From contig MHMS01000025.1 of the NCBI GenBank assembly GCA_001821615.1, forward strand, positions 23,314 through 65,529: a stretch of DNA of 42,216 bases, in the 5' to 3' direction. Position numbers and translations under genes: made by a program. The notes under the pieces are model-generated. The model made no database searches and was not told the origin of the DNA. It saw only the letters and a list, made by a program, of their open reading frames with translations. Source of the DNA: Candidatus Niyogibacteria bacterium RIFCSPLOWO2_12_FULL_41_13. GTDB lineage: Bacteria > Patescibacteriota > Minisyncoccia > 2-12-FULL-41-13. Shown here in pieces: positions 37,245-42,216 of this stretch (its first letter is position 1; each line of letters starts with the position of its first letter).

Positions 37245-38563
37245 AATTATCGATTTTCGGCGTTGGTTATGTCGGCTTGGTAAGCGGAGCTTGTTTTGCT
37301 GAATTGGGAAACGAGGTTTTATGTTGTGACATTGACGAAGAAAAAATCAAAATTTTGAACAAGGGCGAAGTTCCGATTTACGAGCCGGGACTGAAGGAAT
37401 TAGTTGAAAGAAATGTCGGAGAAAAAAGACTTTTTTTCACGAGTGACCCGGAAGAAGCAGTAAGATTGGGAGAGATATTGTTTATCGCGGTGGGCACGCC
37501 TCAAAAAGATTACGGCGCGCCCGATTTGAAATATGTGCATGATGTTGCCAAAATCATCGGCGAAAATTTGGACAAAGAAAGAAAAATTATCGTCAATAAA
37601 TCAACTGTTCCGGCGGGAACAGCGGGAGAGGTAAAAAGCATTATCGCCGAAGAATTAAAAAAAAGAGGAGCGAATTTTGATTTTGCCGTTGTTTCCAATC
37701 CGGAGTTTTTGAAAGAAGGGGACGCTATAAACGATTTTATGAAGCCCGACAGAGTGGTGGTTGGCGTTGACGAAGAATGGGCGAGAAAAATAATGGAAGA
37801 GCTTTATTTGTCCCTGACAAAGAACGGACACCCGATATATTTTATGGACACGGCTTCTTCGGAAATGTCAAAATACGCGGCAAACGCCCTGCTTGCCGCC
37901 AAGATTTCTTTCATCAATCAGATAGCGAATTTATGCGAGATTGTCGGAGCAGATGTTGAAGAAGTTCGCAAAGCAGTTTGCGCCGACAAAAGAATAGGGC
38001 ATCATTTTTTATATCCCGGCATTGGCTACGGAGGAAGTTGTTTTCCCAAAGATGTTCAGGCGCTCTCCGCCCTTGCCAAAAAATTCGGCTATACCGCCAA
38101 TCTAATAGAAGCGATTGAAACGGTAAATAACGAACAAAAAGAGAAATTTGCCAAAAAAATAATTCAGGAATTGGGAGATTTAGACGGCAAAAAAATTGCC
38201 ATTTGGGGATTGTCTTTCAAGCCAAACACCGACGATATGCGAAGCGCGCCCTCCATAAATATTATTGAAAGATTGTTGGCTAAGGGCGCGAGAATTTCCG
38301 CTTACGACCCGGCGGCCCTTTCCGAAGCGCGCAAGATTTTCAACAATCGCGTGGAATACGTTTCCGATATGTATGAGTGTTTGCGGAGCGCCGGAGCCCT
38401 TGTTTTGGCGACAGAATGGCCGCAATTTAAAGAGCCGGATTTTGCTCGCATGAAAAAATTGCTCAAAAGTCCGATTATTTTTGACGCTAGAAATATTTAT
38501 TCGCTCCAAAGAATGAAAGAATTAGGGTTTAAATATATCAGCGTTGGAAGGCAAGCGGTATGA
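37241..38563 (+). CDS. ugd: UDP-glucose 6-dehydrogenase
   Basis: [44 protein letters not shown]. Confidence 0.95.
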   Translation: MKLSIFGVGYVGLVSGACFAELGNEVLCCDIDEEKIKILNKGEVPIYEPGLKELVERNVGEKRLFFTSDPEEAVRLGEILFIAVGTPQKDYGAPDLKYVHDVAKIIGENLDKERKIIVNKSTVPAGTAGEVKSIIAEELKKRGANFDFAVVSNPEFLKEGDAINDFMKPDRVVVGVDEEWARKIMEELYLSLTKNGHPIYFMDTASSEMSKYAANALLAAKISFINQIANLCEIVGADVEEVRKAVCADKRIGHHFLYPGIGYGGSCFPKDVQALSALAKKFGYTANLIEAIETVNNEQKEKFAKKIIQELGDLDGKKIAIWGLSFKPNTDDMRSAPSINIIERLLAKGARISAYDPAALSEARKIFNNRVEYVSDMYECLRSAGALVLATEWPQFKEPDFARMKKLLKSPIIFDARNIYSLQRMKELGFKYISVGRQAV

Positions 38564-39537
38564 TTAAATACAGCCTTATTGTTCCCGTTAAGGAAATTAA
38601 CGATTATATCCGCGAAACAATTCAAAAAATTTTAGAAATTAAAAGAGATGATTTTGAGATAATTGTTTATCCCGATAAAGCTACTCGAGAAATCTGGGAC
38701 AAAACTCGTCAAATTTCAACCGGTCGCGTCGGCCCGGCTCAAAAAAGAAATTTGGCGATTCGCGACAGCTTAGGCGAAATTCTGGTTTTTATTGACGATG
38801 ACGCTTATCCGGAGAAAAATTTTCTTGACATTCTTGATGAAAATTTTAACGACCCGAATGTAACGGCGGTCGGAGGTCCCGCGATTACTCCGCAAACCGA
38901 TTCTTTTTTTCAGAAAGTTTCAGGCGCGGTTTTTTTAAGCAGATTGTCCCATAGCCACCCCGAAAGATATTGGTCTCTCGGCAGGAAAAGGTTTGTTGAC
39001 GACTGGCCGAGCGTAAATCTCTCAATAAGAAAAAAAAGTTTTACAGAAATCAACGGATTTGATTCTGAATACTGGCCGGGAGAGGATACAAAATTATGCT
39101 TGGATATAATTAAAAAAATAAACGGCAAGATATTGTACGAACCGGAATTGATTGTTTATCATCATCGCCGCTCGGGTTTGATAAATCATTTAAAACAAGT
39201 TGGCGGCTATGGATTGCATCGCGGTTTTTTCGCCAAAAAATTTCCAGAAACTTCTTTTAAGCTGAAATATTTTATTCCTTCCGGATTTTTTATTTTTGTT
39301 GTTTTCGGCTGGGTTCTTTTATTTTTTCCGTTGTTTTTTAAATTTTTATATTTTAGCGTTTGGATTTTATATTTATTCGCTCTGATTTTCGCCATTTTTG
39401 ATATTTATGTAAAAATTAAAGACGCTAAAATCAGCCTTGTTTCCATTTTTTATATTTTTTTAACTCATATTTATTACGGCTTCAGATTTATCCAAGGCTT
39501 TGTTTTTACAAAGAATTTGAAAAGCAAGCTGAAATAA
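38560..39537 (+). CDS. Glycosyltransferase family 2 with C-terminal TM helices
   Basis: SLIVP, GPAQKRN, FIDDD, GEDTKL, YHHRR. Confidence 0.9.
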   Translation: MIKYSLIVPVKEINDYIRETIQKILEIKRDDFEIIVYPDKATREIWDKTRQISTGRVGPAQKRNLAIRDSLGEILVFIDDDAYPEKNFLDILDENFNDPNVTAVGGPAITPQTDSFFQKVSGAVFLSRLSHSHPERYWSLGRKRFVDDWPSVNLSIRKKSFTEINGFDSEYWPGEDTKLCLDIIKKINGKILYEPELIVYHHRRSGLINHLKQVGGYGLHRGFFAKKFPETSFKLKYFIPSGFFIFVVFGWVLLFFPLFFKFLYFSVWILYLFALIFAIFDIYVKIKDAKISLVSIFYIFLTHIYYGFRFIQGFVFTKNLKSKLK

Positions 39538-39559
39538 TTTAAAGTTTACAAATCAGCTT

Positions 39560-41101
39560 ATGAAAATCGCCATTTCTTATCCGCCATTAAAAGATATAAA
39601 AGGAACACCTATGATTAGCCAAAATAGGCAATATCAGGTTTTTTCTAACCCTACTTATATCTATCCAATGGTTCCGGCTTACGCGGCCACTTTGCTTAAG
39701 AAAAACGGCTATGAAGTTTTTTGGGACGACGCCATTGCCGAAGAATTGACTTACGGAGAATGGATTGGGAGGATTTGCGAAGAAAAGCCGGATGTTATCG
39801 CCATTGAGACAAAAACGCCGGTCATAAAAAGGCATTGGAGAATTATTGATGAAATAAAAGAATTAGTGGAATTAGAAAACAAGCAAAGATGCGAGTCTTG
39901 TTCTCAGGCGGAATTTTGCGGCGATAAAGAAGAAAAATTGAAAATTGAAAATTGGAAATTGAAAATTGTTCTGATGGGCGACCATATAACGGCCTTGCCG
40001 GAAGAATCTTTGGCAAATTCAAAAGTTGATTACGCGCTTACCGGAGGCGATTATGATTTTATGCTTTTGAATCTGGCGAATCACTTGGCGAAAAGCGAGC
40101 CTCTTGAACCGGGTTGGCATTTTAGAGATGAAAAAGGCGAAATCAAAAATACCGGAAAATTTCAACTAAATCACAATTTGGACGACTTGCCTTTTATTGA
40201 CAGGGAATTAACCAAATGGAAATTATACGCTTATGAAAACGGCAATTATAAATATCGTCCCGGCACCTATACAATGGTTTCGCGCGATTGCTGGTGGCGG
40301 AAAAACGGCGGATGCGCTTTTTGCGCCTGGACAACGCTTTATCCTCAATGGCGAACTCAAAAACCGGAAAAACTTTTGGACGAAATCGGCCATTTGATTA
40401 AAAAATATCAAGTAAAGGAAATTTTTGACGACTCCGGCACTTTTCCGGTCGGCAAATGGCTGGAAGATTTTTGCAAAGGAATGATTGAGCGCGGCTACAA
40501 TAAAAAAATAAAATTCAGCTGCAATATGCGGGTTGGCGCGTTGAGCATGGAACAATATAAATTGATGGGTGAAGCTAGCTTCCGTTTTATCCTCTATGGC
40601 TTGGAATCAGCCAACCAAAATACTTTGGACAGATTAAACAAAGGAATCAAAATAGACGGCTACGAAGAAGAAATGAGAATCGCAAAAAAAGCCGGTTTAG
40701 AGCCGCATGTAACCTGTATGATTGGTTATCCTTGGGAAAGTTATGAAGACGCGAAGCGCACTGTTGATTTCACGAGCAAGCTATTCAACAGAGGTTATAT
40801 TGATTCGCTTCAGGGAACAATTGTTATTCCTTACCCGGGAACGGCGTTATATAAATACTGTAAAGAAAATAACCTCCTGCTTTTTGACGATTACGACAGA
40901 TATGACCAGCGGGAGCGGGTGATGAAAAGCGAATTGACTGATGAACAAGCGAAAGAATTGGTGCAGGGCCTTTATAAATCTTTTATTACGCCAAAATTTA
41001 TTTTAAAAAAATTGGTTTCAATAAGAAAAATTGACGACATTAAATTTTTCTGGCGGGCGGGTTTTAAAGTCTTAGGACACCTAACGGATTTTAGAAAATG
41101 A
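39560..41101 (+). CDS. B12-binding-type radical SAM protein
   Basis: N-terminal B12-binding-like region (LMGDHITALPEE, GGDYD), cluster motif CWWRKNGGCAFC, IFDDSGTF, YGLESANQ, MIGYPWE, PYPGTALY. Confidence 0.9.
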   Translation: MKIAISYPPLKDIKGTPMISQNRQYQVFSNPTYIYPMVPAYAATLLKKNGYEVFWDDAIAEELTYGEWIGRICEEKPDVIAIETKTPVIKRHWRIIDEIKELVELENKQRCESCSQAEFCGDKEEKLKIENWKLKIVLMGDHITALPEESLANSKVDYALTGGDYDFMLLNLANHLAKSEPLEPGWHFRDEKGEIKNTGKFQLNHNLDDLPFIDRELTKWKLYAYENGNYKYRPGTYTMVSRDCWWRKNGGCAFCAWTTLYPQWRTQKPEKLLDEIGHLIKKYQVKEIFDDSGTFPVGKWLEDFCKGMIERGYNKKIKFSCNMRVGALSMEQYKLMGEASFRFILYGLESANQNTLDRLNKGIKIDGYEEEMRIAKKAGLEPHVTCMIGYPWESYEDAKRTVDFTSKLFNRGYIDSLQGTIVIPYPGTALYKYCKENNLLLFDDYDRYDQRERVMKSELTDEQAKELVQGLYKSFITPKFILKKLVSIRKIDDIKFFWRAGFKVLGHLTDFRK

Positions 41102-41592
41102 GCGCAGAATTAGCTCTTCATTTATCGGCGCATTTTTTTGCCAGCATTTTTGCCGGTTATCTTATTTGGAAAATTTGGCAAAAACCGGCCGCTTCTTTTT
41201 TAGCGGCAATCGCCGGCGGGGTTTTTGTTGATTTAGATCATTTTATTGACTACTATTTTGTTTTTGGTTTTGATTTGAGATGGGATTATTTTTTCAACGG
41301 CTATCAGTTTTTAAAAAGCGGAAAAGATTACATATTTTTTCACGGCTGGGAATATGTCCTTATTTTATTTTTTTTGCTGTTCGTGTTTAAAAACAAATCG
41401 GCGAAATCAGTTGTCTTGGGATTGGCGTTGGGAATGTTTTTTCATTTGTCTCTTGATTCGGCGCTAAACGGACTTCCCGTGAGATCCTATTCAATAATTG
41501 AAAGAGCGAAGAATAATTTTGAAGCCGAAAAATTGGTTGAACCGGAGCGCAAAGCCGAGTATTTGCTTAAAAGACAAATAATTAAATTTTAA
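41098..41592 (+). CDS. Membrane protein, putative metal-dependent hydrolase (YdjM-like)
   Basis: H ... VDLDH ... FHGWE ... HLSLD pattern within TM helices. Confidence 0.7.
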   Translation: MSAELALHLSAHFFASIFAGYLIWKIWQKPAASFLAAIAGGVFVDLDHFIDYYFVFGFDLRWDYFFNGYQFLKSGKDYIFFHGWEYVLILFFLLFVFKNKSAKSVVLGLALGMFFHLSLDSALNGLPVRSYSIIERAKNNFEAEKLVEPERKAEYLLKRQIIKF

Positions 41593-41594
41593 AT

Positions 41595-42216
41595 ATGGTT
41601 AGTCTGGTTTCAGTTATTATTACCACGAAAAACGAAGAAAAAAATATAGAAAATTGCCTAAAATCAATCAAAAATCAAACTTACTCCCCGGACAAGATTG
41701 AAATTATTATTGTTGATAATAATTCGTCAGATAAAACAAAAGAAATAGCCGGAAAATACACTGATTTAATTTTTGATAAGGGACCGGAAAGAAGCGCTCA
41801 AAGAAATTTTGGCGTCAGACAGTCAAAAGGCGAATATTTTTTGTATCTGGACGCCGATATGATTTTACATCCCGAAGTGATAAGCGAATGCGTTGAATTA
41901 GCGGAAAAAAATCCTAAAATCACCGGTTTATACATTCCGGAGATTATTACGGGAAACAGTTTTTGGAGCAAAGTCAGGCGGTTTGAAAGAAGTTTTTATA
42001 ACGCCACCGCCATTGATTGCGTCCGCTTTATAAAGAAAGAAAAATTTTTGGAAGTCGGCGGTTTTGATGAATCAATGACCGGACCGGAAGACTGGGATTT
42101 TGACAAGAAAATAAAGATGGCGGGACAAGTTGCCTTGATAAAAAATCCCGTTTATCATAATGAAGCGGAATTTAATTTGGCGAAGTATTTAAACAAAAAA
42201 GCGTATTACGCCAAAA
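41595..42216 (+). CDS. Glycosyltransferase family 2 (runs off the window)
   Basis: My translation: MVSLVSVIITTKNEEKNIENCLKSI...IVDNNSSDKT...RSAQRNFG...YLDADM...GGFDESMTGPEDWD. Confidence 0.92.
   Translation, partial: MVSLVSVIITTKNEEKNIENCLKSIKNQTYSPDKIEIIIVDNNSSDKTKEIAGKYTDLIFDKGPERSAQRNFGVRQSKGEYFLYLDADMILHPEVISECVELAEKNPKITGLYIPEIITGNSFWSKVRRFERSFYNATAIDCVRFIKKEKFLEVGGFDESMTGPEDWDFDKKIKMAGQVALIKNPVYHNEAEFNLAKYLNKKAYYAK

Noticed and set aside
341-40922. Many 60-190 aa ORFs antisense to or nested in housekeeping genes (e.g. 8745-9323, 11051-11587)
   Set aside because: Shadow frames of strongly supported genes with no recognisable motifs.
1-42216. Genetic code 25 (TGA=Gly)
   Set aside because: TGA ends rpoB, ftsH, glyA, acyP and ugd at their expected C-termini, and long genes have no internal TGA.

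Overview
Chromosomal segment of a low-GC bacterium that, by gene content and style, looks like a Patescibacteria/CPR (Parcubacteria-type) organism using code 11; the taxonomy is inferred, not searched. Housekeeping genes are rpoB-rpoC, ftsH, secA, argS, tsaC, glyA, acyP and secD-secF. There is one tRNA, a rare tRNA-Ile(UAU) abutting the ftsH stop codon. Two surface-glycan regions carry GT4/GT2 enzymes, two flippases, methyltransferases, Ugd plus UDP-GlcA decarboxylase, a ferredoxin and a B12-type radical SAM enzyme. A 1790-aa exported protein has an N-terminal Zn-phospholipase C/P1-nuclease-like domain and is preceded by a small membrane-anchored partner; this is my best candidate for an undescribed effector/immunity system. 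The intergenic DNA holds several unexplained elements: (1) 114-141 bp hairpin MITE-like elements with related RCCCMGTWAGA ends at gene 5' ends; (2) two one-gene cassettes bracketed by long direct repeats offset by 702 and 703 bp; (3) a duplicated secA 3' end flanking an inserted gene; (4) heptamer microsatellites inside conserved proteins; (5) orphan genes with strong Shine-Dalgarno sites and terminators, while several core genes look leaderless. No transposase, integrase, reverse transcriptase or CRISPR array is present. All calls come from reading motifs by eye.
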